Under the pieces are notes generated by a model. That model saw nothing but the letters and a program-made list of their open reading frames with translations, was not told the origin of the DNA and did no database searches. Shown piece after piece: positions 30,519 to 40,449 of a DNA stretch of 40,528 nucleotides (positions are counted from its first letter, which is position 1; every line of letters starts with the position of its first letter). The stretch spans positions 1-40,528 of the forward strand of contig MRSU01006691.1 of the NCBI GenBank assembly GCA_008369845.1. Reading direction: 5' to 3'. The position numbers were made by a program, and so were the translations under genes. The DNA comes from Trichomonas gallinae (Eukaryota).

Positions 30519-30990
30519 GGAACAATTTAAAATACTAAAATTTTCTGGCATGTAAATTTTTGTAAAAGCAAATTGTCGCTTTTTGACTTTGATTAAAAGT
30601 GACAATTCATGAATTTTTGTTTTTGTGATTTTTTTAACTCTTCTCCTTGTTTTTGTATAAAAAGCATTGTATCATGCTAATGCCACTTAAGATATAACTA
30701 ATACTACTTAATTAAAAGAATTATTTATCGAAGAAAATTTTTATTCTTTCTTGATATCTCAAGAAAATCATTTGCTAAATATGACTTCATAGTTATCTCT
30801 CTGAATTACCATACAAAATGAGTCTAAATGTTTCTAATGCACTAATTCAAGATCAATTTTTCTAAAATAAAGCTGAAATAAGAATGAGAATAAATTCATG
30901 CCAAAAACATTTTCCATGAAGATTGCACTATCTTCATAGATGGATAATATTAAAGATTTTCTTAAGATATATTAAGATATATTTTTATAG

Positions 30991-31180
30991 ATCAAATTCT
31001 TCATATCCGACCTATATGATCATATGTGATTTAATATAACCTTGTAAATTCATTTATCAAAATATATAAGAATATAGTAGAACTAAATTGGTACTTTTAA
31101 TCATCAAATTGAGCATATTAGACTCATATGATCATATGTGGATACTAATAAACTTGCAAAATCATTTATCAAAATATATG
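30991..31180. repeat. Degenerate ~78-bp direct repeat (offset 112 bp) carrying the palindrome (C)ATATGATCATAT(G)
   Basis: 30991-31068 and 31103-31180 share atcaaatt, atatgatcatatgtg and tcatttatcaaaatatat blocks. Confidence 0.8.
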
Positions 31181-31321
31181 ATTACAGTAAAAAAAACAAA
31201 AATGAAAAAATTAAATAATGATTATTTTGAGTATTTTGTGTAATATAATAGCTGTATATATGATATATATGTTATTTTTGGTGGACTTGGCCCCGTATCT
31301 TAAGCAGATGATTTTTCGATA

Positions 31322-31329
31322 AAAGTGAC
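31322..31329 (+). promoter_or_regulatory. AAAGTGAC element upstream of the bromodomain gene (also at 34607-34614 and 30596-30603)
   Basis: The exact 8-mer occurs within about 30-80 bp of three start codons. As I recall, it matches the M2 upstream motif reported for Trichomonas vaginalis. Confidence 0.5.
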
Positions 31330-31357
31330 GGCGCTAATTAATTGCTGGCAATCTTTG

Positions 31358-32242
31358 ATGGGTCTCACAACAGTCCAGAAGCAGCGATGCTACGCCATTA
31401 TCAAGCAGATGAGACGCTACAAGATATCACAGATATTCGACAGACCAGTTGACCCAGAAAAAGACAAATGTCCGGATTATTTCAAAGTTATCACGAAACC
31501 AATGGCTTTACAAACAGTTGAGTACAACTTGAAAGAGGATAAGTACGCAACTGTCGATGATTTCAAGGCTGACATGAATTTGATATGGGAAAATGGTGAA
31601 AAATTCAACGCTGGATCTTGGGTTGAATTGTGTGCTACCCATCTCAAGTTAATATGTCAGAAACTTGTTTCACACTTCACAGATGACTCAAGCCAAGATT
31701 GGCTTCAAGAATTCAAAATTATCGATGCTAAATTACATAAAATATACAAGGTTGTTACTGATCCTAATGGAACATATCCAAAGGCAACTCACAAACATCA
31801 TGATTCATCCTCTAAAGAGAAAGTCGTTGTCAAGGAAGAAAAGCCTGATAATAGGCCATCACGTTCACAGCAAGAGGATCGCCCACAACGTAAGCAAGCT
31901 GAACCACCTCAGCAACAAGCGCCTAGACATAAAGAAAAGCATTCCGAAAAACCAGCACCACCGCCACCGCCTCCTGAGAAGGTTACGGCTCCGCCACCGC
32001 CACAGCCGGTTGAACCTAAGCCTAAACCGGCTGCTCAGCCAAAAGATTTTGTTGTTACTAAAGATCTCAAAGATCAGATCTTCAATTATTGGGAAAATGC
32101 TAGTGAAGAAGATCAATATGAGATTAATAAGATTATACGCGATTGTCTTCACCTTAGTGATGATTCTGATCAAGAAATTAACATTGATGAGTTGAATCCG
32201 GATTGTATTTACAAAATTGCCCAGTTCTTCCATCTCGTTTAA
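31358..32242 (+). CDS. Bromodomain protein with a Pro-rich linker and a C-terminal ET-like domain (BET/GTE-like)
   Basis: IFDRPVDPEKDKCPDYFKVITKPMALQTVEYNL...FKADMNLIWENGEKFN (conserved Asn), PPPPPP linker, and tail EINIDELNPDCIYKI. ATG at 31358. Confidence 0.92.
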   Translation: MGLTTVQKQRCYAIIKQMRRYKISQIFDRPVDPEKDKCPDYFKVITKPMALQTVEYNLKEDKYATVDDFKADMNLIWENGEKFNAGSWVELCATHLKLICQKLVSHFTDDSSQDWLQEFKIIDAKLHKIYKVVTDPNGTYPKATHKHHDSSSKEKVVVKEEKPDNRPSRSQQEDRPQRKQAEPPQQQAPRHKEKHSEKPAPPPPPPEKVTAPPPPQPVEPKPKPAAQPKDFVVTKDLKDQIFNYWENASEEDQYEINKIIRDCLHLSDDSDQEINIDELNPDCIYKIAQFFHLV

Positions 32243-32577
32243 TTTCAAATATATTTGTCCTGCAATAAATTTCGAATTTTTAAAATTTTCACAAAATTTC
32301 AAATATCATGAATAAAATCACTATATATGCACCAATAATAGCAAATTTCATATATAAATCCTTTGAATTAATAAAATAAAAATATGAAAATTATAAAAAA
32401 AGAAAAGTTATTAAAAGTATTGCAAATATGGTTAATGTTGGTGAAAAGTTTTGCTGATTATAAGTAAAAATTTGATGATAATAAAGATATTTCGATTTTT
32501 TATAATAAATATGTAAATTATCGGCCATTTTTAGGACCGATGACAAATAAAATAATCCGTAATTATGTATATTGATC

Positions 32578-33591
32578 TTATTGGACGAAGGTGATGAAGT
32601 AAAGGTATGCGAAAGTACAGTTAACGATTTGGCAGTCGACTCTGTCGAGGAGGCCACCATGTCCTGGAATGAGGTTGGAAAAGTCCTTGATTCCGACGCT
32701 TCTCTTGAATCCAGATGCGAAGAATCCGCCGAATGGAGCAATCAAGCTTGCGAACAAAGCAATGACGCAGGCATGGATGTATGCTGGAAGGATGGTGAAA
32801 GATTTTCCGAAAACTGTATATTTTGTTGGGATAAACTCCTTTGGTGTTTCGCATTCAACGTGGAAGTCGAATGGCTTTGTGTGTCTGCAGTACATGTATG
32901 GGAACTTAGAGAAGAGGTAAGTGATGCCGATGAATGTGAGGGGAGTCAAGATTGCAGCACCGGTGAATCCTTCAACTGTCTTCTTCGGGCTCAACTTGAT
33001 AAGCTGATGGCGTCCGAAGAATCTGCCGCAGAAGTAGGCTGATGTATCGTTCATGCAAACGCAGAATAATGGAACGAAGAACCAATATAATGAAGTATCA
33101 GCGAATTTTGTGTATAAGTTGCATGGAACAGCGATGATAATGGCGCCGATGAATGAGTATGTGAACTTCTTGTATGCGTATTGGTCGTTTTCTGGTGTTA
33201 AGCCAGTAACGAATAAAATTAATGCGAACATAACGATAGCGAAGCAAACGATGGCGTGGTACTGAGCAATGACGGAATCAGCGATGAAATAGTGTAATAC
33301 TGTCTTTCCAGAAAGAGCATAAGACATAGCAAACAATAAAAGATAAGGGAAAATTGTGATTCTCTTTCCAATTGTAGCCTCTTTAGCTGGATCTATGGAT
33401 AAATTGAGTAATTCACGGAATGCGAAGAACTGAATGATGAGAAGTTCAGCGAATAATGGATATCTTCCAGCGCACATGATGAAAATCTCGATAATAACAA
33501 GAACACATGAGGAAACTGTGCGAACAACTAAGTCGCCCCACTTAGCGGACTTGGCTGGTGCATGCTCACGCTTGGCCTCTTTTCCAGGCAT
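32578..33591 (-). CDS. CDS1: Phosphatidate cytidylyltransferase (CDP-diacylglycerol synthase)
   Basis: NDTSAYFCGRFFG, LSPKKTVEGF and SGFKRSVGIKDFSNLIPGHGGLLDRVDC signature, with multiple transmembrane helices. ATG at 33591. Confidence 0.97.
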   Translation of the reverse strand: MPGKEAKREHAPAKSAKWGDLVVRTVSSCVLVIIEIFIMCAGRYPLFAELLIIQFFAFRELLNLSIDPAKEATIGKRITIFPYLLLFAMSYALSGKTVLHYFIADSVIAQYHAIVCFAIVMFALILFVTGLTPENDQYAYKKFTYSFIGAIIIAVPCNLYTKFADTSLYWFFVPLFCVCMNDTSAYFCGRFFGRHQLIKLSPKKTVEGFTGAAILTPLTFIGITYLFSKFPYMYCRHTKPFDFHVECETPKEFIPTKYTVFGKSFTILPAYIHACVIALFASLIAPFGGFFASGFKRSVGIKDFSNLIPGHGGLLDRVDCQIVNCTFAYLYFITFVQ

Positions 33592-33592
33592 T

Positions 33593-33608
33593 GAAGTGAA
33601 AAAGTGAT
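33593..33608 (-). promoter_or_regulatory. Tandem initiator (Inr)-like TCACT elements directly upstream of the CDP-diacylglycerol synthase ATG
   Basis: The minus strand reads aaTCACTtttTCACTtcaATG, matching the trichomonad TCAYT initiator in its usual position. Confidence 0.65.
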
Positions 33609-34683
33609 TCAAACACCTCCCTCGATAATTTTTTCAGACCCTAAATTTCAAAACTTTGTGAAATTTCAAAAACATGCTTTTTATGATAAATAGTACAGAT
33701 TTATTATAATTTAAACGTTCGTTGACTCAATTTTGATCGGAAAGAAAAATGCGATCATGTAGTCCAATCACATATAGGATAAACTATGCATTGTATCTAA
33801 AATCTATTTATAAGAGATACAGCTCTCAACGTTTTGATTACTAGCAAACCAAAAATATCATTGATTAATTGTCCATCAAGGATTGGAGAAGATAATATTT
33901 ATATTGATTTCAATCTGTTTACAGTTAAATCAAAGCTTAATTCTTCTAATTATATTCGAAAAAAAAATTATCAAAAACAAGCCTAATCAGCTATAATACA
34001 AAATGTTAAAATGCAATAAAATCGATATATGATAATGTGATTGCAATTCATGAAAATATTTTGGTAAAATCACCATCAAATTTGAATATTATGGGATATC
34101 ATACACTTTACAAAGTAGAGTTTGTTATTTATAGATGGGTTATGCATAAATTTGAGTTTAGAATGAAATCTAAACCTAGCTTTAGATTGATTTATTAAAA
34201 ATGGCAGAAAATTTTGATATTTGTTTTTCAATATATTTATCATTAATATATCTAATACTATCTAAAAACCTTGAAATTTTGATGATATAGAATTTTATTA
34301 ATTTTGACATGTAAAGCTAAATTTTAGCAATCAAGATTTTTAATTTCCATTGGATATAGTATCCTTGATGGGAACTATAATAAGAAGCTTAATATAAAGA
34401 TTCAATTCCAATGTTTTGTTGTGGGCAACTTTTTTCAGAAAAAATTCCAACGAGGATAAATTTCGACAAAAAGAAAATTAGTGATAAAATAAGATATAGA
34501 AACAAAATAACAAATAAAAATAGAAAAATGAGTTTTGTAAAAGTGCCGTTTGTAAATAAAAGTGGCAAAATTTCACAAAAAGCAATAAAACGTGACAAAT
34601 TTATAAAAAGTGACAAATATCGGTCTACCTTTTCGTAAGAGAAAAAAAAAATTATTATCGTTTTCTATAACTTTTAAAAAAAA

Positions 34684-35289
34684 ATGAGTTATAAAGTTGT
34701 TCTTCTCGGCGAAGGTCGTGTCGGCAAATCCTCCATCGGAAACAAGTGGCACTCCGGAACGTTTGACTCCCAGAGGCGTTCGACCGTGGCAGCTGCATTT
34801 TTCCAGAAGTCTGTCCTCTGCCAAGGCAAAAATGTAGATATTCAGCTCTGGGATACAGCTGGACAGGAAGAATACCATTCTCTCACACCAATTTACTACA
34901 AAGACGCTCAAGCGGCACTTCTCGTATATTCCGTCGTTGATTCTGCAAGTTTCGACAGAATGATGCAGTGGAAGAACGAGCTCGTTATGACACGTGGCGA
35001 AAATATTAAAATTATCATCGCGGCGAACAAGATAGATATGGTTCAGCAGAGAGTTATCACGCCACAGCAAGGCATTGATTTCGCAAGCAAAGTCGGTTGC
35101 CAAATCTTTGAAGTTTCCGCTAAGACAGGAGAAGGTATTGACATGCTTTTCCAGGCATTAGCGAAAACATTACTTGAAATTCCACAGAAAAAGACTGGAC
35201 CAACAAGAGGCGGCAAGGTCGGCCTTCAAGTTATCAATGGAAACAACGATCAAGCGCAAGAAAACCAGTCTAAAGGCGGATGTTGCTAA
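34684..35289 (+). CDS. RAB21: Rab21-like small GTPase
   Basis: GEGRVGKS P-loop, STVAAAF effector loop, WDTAGQEEYHSLTPIYYK, NKID, EVSAK and C-terminal GGCC. Confidence 0.9.
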   Translation: MSYKVVLLGEGRVGKSSIGNKWHSGTFDSQRRSTVAAAFFQKSVLCQGKNVDIQLWDTAGQEEYHSLTPIYYKDAQAALLVYSVVDSASFDRMMQWKNELVMTRGENIKIIIAANKIDMVQQRVITPQQGIDFASKVGCQIFEVSAKTGEGIDMLFQALAKTLLEIPQKKTGPTRGGKVGLQVINGNNDQAQENQSKGGCC

Positions 35290-35641
35290 AAATGATTATA
35301 GATCTTTTTATACCAAAAGACTTTCCATAAAATTATATTCACAAAATAATAAACAGGGTATTTTATTTTTGTACAATTACTTATCTCTAATTTTTTCGAG
35401 GAGCCAATATTTTTTCAATTACAAAACCTGGTTATATCCTTCTCGTATTTTATATTTCAATCATAAATCAACCAGAAAATATATATTTCCTATATTGGTC
35501 GTACTCCGACAGTTGAAAAAATCATCAATTTTCGTAAAACAAATAAAATCACAAATTTCACCGCAAAATCATTTTATTTTCATATATACACCATGTATTT
35601 TTAAAAGACAATGAAAAATAAGAGATCAGAGAATAATAAAT

Positions 35642-35804
35642 TTTACATGGCATTTTAATACAAAACAATGAGTTTATTTGTCAAGATTTCGATTTATATG
35701 GCAAAATTATAATTTATATGGCAAAATTTAGATTTTATTTGTCAAAAAATTTGCTTATATGACAGAATTATGATTTATATGGCAAACAAATGATTTATAT
35801 GTCA
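35642..35804 (+). repeat. Cluster D: eight co-oriented TTTAYDTGDCA motifs at 20-21 bp period
   Basis: Starts at 35642, 35673, 35693, 35713, 35734, 35754 (one mismatch), 35774 and 35794. Spacings are 31, 20, 20, 21, 20, 20 and 20. Confidence 0.92.
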
Positions 35805-35853
35805 GATAATACATAGTATTTAGTACAAATAACAAACAAATAAAATATATGGA

Positions 35854-37869
35854 TTAGAATATATCTGGATCCGAGTAGTCTTCATCAGGTTCACTATCTT
35901 GTTCGATTTCTGGCTGTTTTGGTTGAGTTTCATCGAGTTTAATTAAAGGACCTGTGTTAAACTCTGATGTCTTCTTTAACTCATTCTCATGGAGATACTG
36001 AAGTGCTTTCGCCATCAAATCCTCTCTCTTCTTCTCACGAGATTCATCTTCATTCGCTTTCTTTGCTCCAATCGGGAAAGCTTTGAGTGCTTTCTGAAGC
36101 AGATGCTTCTCATAGAAAGACTGAGCTGTGAAATCTTTGTTTCTTTGAGAATCAATAAAAGCATTTTTGATTTCGTTGAAGAAATCTCTTAAAATTATTG
36201 GTCTTATTGCGCCTTGTACCTTGGCTATTGCATTCTTTGTTGATTGCACATTCAACTTGAATAATCTCATCAGATTTCGTTTGAAATTGAGATTTCTAAG
36301 CTTTTGAGCTTCTTTGACTTGTTTTTCTTCTTTTTTGAGGACTTCATTTGCTAATGCTCTAAAGACTTTCTTCTGTAATTGCTTTTCATGATGTTTAATT
36401 GAATTTCTCTCGATTTCTTCGAGCTTCTTCATAGCTTTCTTCCATAAACTGAAGAGATGCTTCCTTCTAAAATATTTTACAACGACTTCAAGCTTCGCCA
36501 TTCTTTCTTTTTCTTGAATCATTTTTTCAAATTTCTTATTCGCGATGATTTGGTTGTTTAATTGCTTCTGGCGTTCTTGGTGTTGGTGCTCGAGCATCTT
36601 CTTGTGTTGTTCGATCAATTTCTTCTGTTCAATTCTGTTTTGTTTTTCTAAACGTTTCTTTTCCTTTTCATCTTGTTTCATTCGCTCCTTTGTCTCTTCT
36701 ATCTTCCTCTGCTTCGACTCGTTGGCTCTTTTAAGCAATTCTTCAGCTCTTGGATCAGCAACAATAGGAAGAGGCGATGGTTTTCGTTTAAATTGATCTG
36801 GAGGCCTGAGATATACAGGAACCTTCCTTTCAGCTGATTTTGATGGTTTCTTTCGCATTCTTTTAAGCCATTTGTTGAAAAATAATGCGGTTGTTAAACT
36901 TCGCAGTTTTACCTTCGCAACGTGCGCCAATCTCTGTAGTTTAGCGCTGTGGATCCTGTTCTGGCATTCTTCTTCGTATATCTTGCGTTGTAAAACTTTT
37001 TGATTATGTCTCTCTTTCCACTCCTTAAAAGCTCTCCTCGTCAAGCGTAATTTCGATAATGTAGATACTGTGAACTCTCTACGTTGAGATCTTGATGTCT
37101 TTTGTTGCCATTTGAAAAATAAAACAGATTTTTTGACCAAAAAGAATTGATCAATTTGTCGCATCAGTTTCTCATTATCTCGCTTTTGTATTTTCTGCTG
37201 TTGTTGGACCTCTGTTTCGTGTGTTTTCGGTTTATTTTTTGTTGGTAAAATAACATTCGTTTTTATTGGCTCTTTTGAGCTCGAGCTTGTAAGTATTGGC
37301 TGTTTATTTGTAATTTGATGAATATTTTGTGGTTGTTCGATAATAATTTCATTTGATGGTTTTTTCTCAACGTATTCGATTACATTCTCTTTTATTTCGT
37401 TGGATTGTGGAGACTTTCTTGGTTTTTCGACTGGAATTGTTTGTGTTTCTTGAATTTTTTTAGAAATTTTTGGATTTTCTTGAATATTTGGAATTGGCTG
37501 CTCATCATATATTTGAACAGCTTTATTCTCGTAGCTACGACGTTTTTTGTGTGTATGAGGTGACTGTTTCCTATTTGTTTTAGGTTTTTCATAAGATTTA
37601 TTATTTGCTACAGAGATTTTTTCATGAATTTGCAATGCATTGTTTCTTGGCTCCACAACAATAGCAGATATGTGTGTTCCAAGCTTCTTTGCTATAGGTG
37701 GAGGAATAACACCAAATTTTTTCAGCAAATAATCACATTGGTTCATTGCCTGGTCTTCCCTCATCTCTTGGGAGATTTCAGCTGTGTATTCTCTCTTGAG
37801 ATTATCCAGCCAGCATGAAATCTCCCGTTTTTTCATCAATAAATTCTTAACGTACGTAATTATTTTCAT
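35854..37869 (-). CDS. Basic coiled-coil protein with Sfi1-like FxxW repeats (possibly CCDC191-like, basal-body associated)
   Basis: 671-aa ORF with LFFKWQQK, AFKEWKE, FFNKWLK, LFSLWKK and KVFRAL repeats. The start codon is uncertain. Confidence 0.75.
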   Translation of the reverse strand: MKIITYVKNLLMKKREISCWLDNLKREYTAEISQEMREDQAMNQCDYLLKKFGVIPPPIAKKLGTHISAIVVEPRNNALQIHEKISVANNKSYEKPKTNRKQSPHTHKKRRSYENKAVQIYDEQPIPNIQENPKISKKIQETQTIPVEKPRKSPQSNEIKENVIEYVEKKPSNEIIIEQPQNIHQITNKQPILTSSSSKEPIKTNVILPTKNKPKTHETEVQQQQKIQKRDNEKLMRQIDQFFLVKKSVLFFKWQQKTSRSQRREFTVSTLSKLRLTRRAFKEWKERHNQKVLQRKIYEEECQNRIHSAKLQRLAHVAKVKLRSLTTALFFNKWLKRMRKKPSKSAERKVPVYLRPPDQFKRKPSPLPIVADPRAEELLKRANESKQRKIEETKERMKQDEKEKKRLEKQNRIEQKKLIEQHKKMLEHQHQERQKQLNNQIIANKKFEKMIQEKERMAKLEVVVKYFRRKHLFSLWKKAMKKLEEIERNSIKHHEKQLQKKVFRALANEVLKKEEKQVKEAQKLRNLNFKRNLMRLFKLNVQSTKNAIAKVQGAIRPIILRDFFNEIKNAFIDSQRNKDFTAQSFYEKHLLQKALKAFPIGAKKANEDESREKKREDLMAKALQYLHENELKKTSEFNTGPLIKLDETQPKQPEIEQDSEPDEDYSDPDIF

Positions 37870-38135
37870 TATTATTGCATAAATGGACTAATTTATGTCA
37901 ATGAACCAGATTTTTCTCATCAAAACTGCAAAACGATATACATATTTTATTGAAATTTTTCAATTTTTAATAAATTTAGGGATTTTATTCGAAATTTGGA
38001 TTCATTTTGTATTAACTTAGATGATAATAGATTTTGATTTTTCGAAAAATGTTAAAAAATGATGAAAATGAAGAAAAATTAGACAATTTTTAAAATTAAA
38101 AATGATTTTTCGTTTTTTGTTTAAAAAAATTTTGG

Positions 38136-40271
38136 ATGACTTTGAGATATGCCCACGTTCCCAAGGCCGAAATGGTCTATGGATCGTGGAGCAGTTACTC
38201 AGATGATGACGAGACAGACGAAGAATCGTGTAATTCTGATATAGACTCAAAATTACAGAATCAAATTTCGAAAACAATTCCTGATGATTCGAAATTGAAC
38301 TTAAATATCTCAGATGTGAGTCAAACAAATACACCTACCAAGTCAAAATCGAAAAATAAGAAGAATTCAGATTCGGATTTTGGCTTTGGTTCATATTCTG
38401 ACTCTGATACTCCACAATACAAACATGTACAAGAAGATGTAGACGAATTCACTAAAATTCAGACCGTAAGTTTTACAGAAGAAGCGTTATTACTCGATGA
38501 CGACTACGATTCTGATCATACTGATAATGTTTGCTTGGAAGAGTCGTTGAATACAACTTTAGCAAATTCGCAAGAAAAAATCGAATATTCTGATTCTTCT
38601 TCATCTGAACAAGAACAAGAGCAATCAACGCTGCTGAATGAAGAACCAATCATCGACGATGGATACGAAGATGACGACACTGATGATGAAAGTTTTCAAG
38701 CTGTTGAAGAAAATCTATTTGATACTTCAAAGATCGAACAAACAGAAGAATCAACATTCGCACAAACTCGCGAAACTTCCCAAATAAATCAAATTTCATC
38801 AATCGAAAACATTCAAAATCAAATTAATAAAGTCAACGAAAGAAAACAAGAACAGGTCACCGATAAATCAATCATACCAATACAAGAACAAAAAACAATC
38901 GTAAAACAATCAGAAAATGAAATACAAAATATCAATCTCAATTCTACAGAAACCAAACAAAATCAAATACAAGATAAGCCAATTACACCAACACAAGAAC
39001 AAAAACCAGACAAAAAACAACAAGAAAAAGAAACTCAAAATATTAATCTCAATTCTATTGAATCAAAACAAGATAAGTCAATAGTACCAATACAAGAGCA
39101 AAAACCAGTCGAAAATCAACAAGAAAATGAGAATCTAAATTTGAGTGTAAAAGAACCAAGTAAGAGTCTCGCTGCTATTGATACGAAAGAAGATGATCTT
39201 AATCTTACGATTACGCTCAAATCTGACCAGTCTTACCCTCAGATTTCTAAAAATAATAAAGAATCTGAATTATTACCGAAAATCAGACAGCTTTTGAATG
39301 ACGCAATGGAAATAAGGCACAAAAATGATCCGAAAAACAACTCAGATGATGACGATTTCGATTTATCAAGAAAAAGATTCATCGATGTTGACGAAGAACC
39401 TGCATTAAATTCGACTCCTTTAATAGAAAACAAGTCCCAAAACGCGTTATTTAGTCACTTGTGCGAGCTCAAAAAGAATAATAACGAAAGGAAACAAAGT
39501 TCTGTTGCAATAATTTCGATTGAGCACCTTCACAACATATTTTCACTACCTAAATCAGAATTACTACTACGAATAAGCTTTGTGCCGCAAAATGAAAACG
39601 TCAAAACTGGAAATGAATATGATATTTTATTAAGAAATTCAACGAAAACACCTGGAAAGCTAAAACCGTCATCAATAGATAAAATAGTAGCTATATATCC
39701 ACATAACTCATCATTTACTCTCAACTTTTCATTTTTAAACAACAGATCGATTTTTGCTTCGACGCGGCTTAATTTATCTAATTCAAAACCGGGCAAAATC
39801 TTTCTGCAGTTCATGAAAGAACCAGGGGGCATCAACTGCGACATCAGCTCAAAGCTAAAAGGATTTTTCGCGAAAATTAAAGATCCATGTCTAGAAATCA
39901 CGCTGTCTTTCGCCAACGAGAAAGATTGCAAGAAGTTGATGAAAATACCTGATTTCTGCATAATGCCATTGTGCGCTGTGGACTCCGTCATGGCCTTCAG
40001 AGACTGCTTCTATATACTGCAGACGACGAAGAAAAATCCGCATTACGCGCAATTAATTTCTGGATTCGGGTCTATTCTCGATGATCCTGTGAGATTGGAG
40101 AAGATGAGTAATGATATAAAGGAAGCAAAGAAAATGGGCTTGACAACGACAAAATTTGTTGAGATTTTATCAAAATTTGTCTCAGAAAGCGCAGATATGA
40201 CTCCATTTTCAACAGATGAGCTGATTCCGTTGAAAATATACTATAACATTCTCAAGAATGAGAAAATTTAG
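38136..40271 (+). CDS. Hypothetical protein: acidic S/D-rich N-terminus, Q/N-rich repeats and a globular C-terminal region
   Basis: 711-aa ORF containing three DKxIxPxQEQK...NxNL repeats. Confidence 0.85.
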   Translation: MTLRYAHVPKAEMVYGSWSSYSDDDETDEESCNSDIDSKLQNQISKTIPDDSKLNLNISDVSQTNTPTKSKSKNKKNSDSDFGFGSYSDSDTPQYKHVQEDVDEFTKIQTVSFTEEALLLDDDYDSDHTDNVCLEESLNTTLANSQEKIEYSDSSSSEQEQEQSTLLNEEPIIDDGYEDDDTDDESFQAVEENLFDTSKIEQTEESTFAQTRETSQINQISSIENIQNQINKVNERKQEQVTDKSIIPIQEQKTIVKQSENEIQNINLNSTETKQNQIQDKPITPTQEQKPDKKQQEKETQNINLNSIESKQDKSIVPIQEQKPVENQQENENLNLSVKEPSKSLAAIDTKEDDLNLTITLKSDQSYPQISKNNKESELLPKIRQLLNDAMEIRHKNDPKNNSDDDDFDLSRKRFIDVDEEPALNSTPLIENKSQNALFSHLCELKKNNNERKQSSVAIISIEHLHNIFSLPKSELLLRISFVPQNENVKTGNEYDILLRNSTKTPGKLKPSSIDKIVAIYPHNSSFTLNFSFLNNRSIFASTRLNLSNSKPGKIFLQFMKEPGGINCDISSKLKGFFAKIKDPCLEITLSFANEKDCKKLMKIPDFCIMPLCAVDSVMAFRDCFYILQTTKKNPHYAQLISGFGSILDDPVRLEKMSNDIKEAKKMGLTTTKFVEILSKFVSESADMTPFSTDELIPLKIYYNILKNEKI
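38862..39145 (+). repeat. Three coding tandem repeats (33-37 aa)
   Basis: DKSIIPIQEQK...QNINLNSTETKQ, DKPITPTQEQK...QNINLNSIESKQ and DKSIVPIQEQK...ENLNL. Confidence 0.85.
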
Positions 40272-40449
40272 TTTTTGTTTATAAAATTTTTTAAATTTCA
40301 TGTAGTTATGTCTTAAATTCGTATATTTTTCTTATTTTGCTAGTTATACTAGGAATTCTTCACTCTGAAGAGTGTAAAAACGAATATTTTTTTGTTGAAA
40401 TTTTTCAATCTTTGAGTGTGACTTTAAAAGTCCGTAATTTTGGTAGATA

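Noticed and set aside
32572..33042. Antisense and alternate-frame ORFs (for example 32572-33042, 34573-35103, 5221-5769 and those inside 19730-26449)
   Set aside because: They are shadows of real genes caused by codon bias or low complexity, with no recognisable motifs.
33873..34371. 11-bp inverted repeat CCATCAAGGAT / ATCCTTGATGG about 500 bp apart (MITE-like)
   Set aside because: It does not extend, no target-site duplication is evident, and matches of this length are expected by chance.
35174..35614. Intergenic or overlapping ORFs such as 35174-35614, 15981-16301, 16269-16523 and 27554-27775
   Set aside because: They have AT-rich non-coding composition and often non-ATG starts. Several simply translate the motif arrays.
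35642..35804. CRISPR array interpretation of the regularly spaced repeats
   Set aside because: The repeats are only 11 bp and degenerate, the spacers are 9-10 bp, there are no cas genes, and the context is eukaryotic.
37851..37856. GTACGT (trichomonad-like 5' splice site) on the minus strand near the start of the Sfi1-like gene
   Set aside because: There is no downstream CTAAC...CAG branch/acceptor, and the frame is already open.
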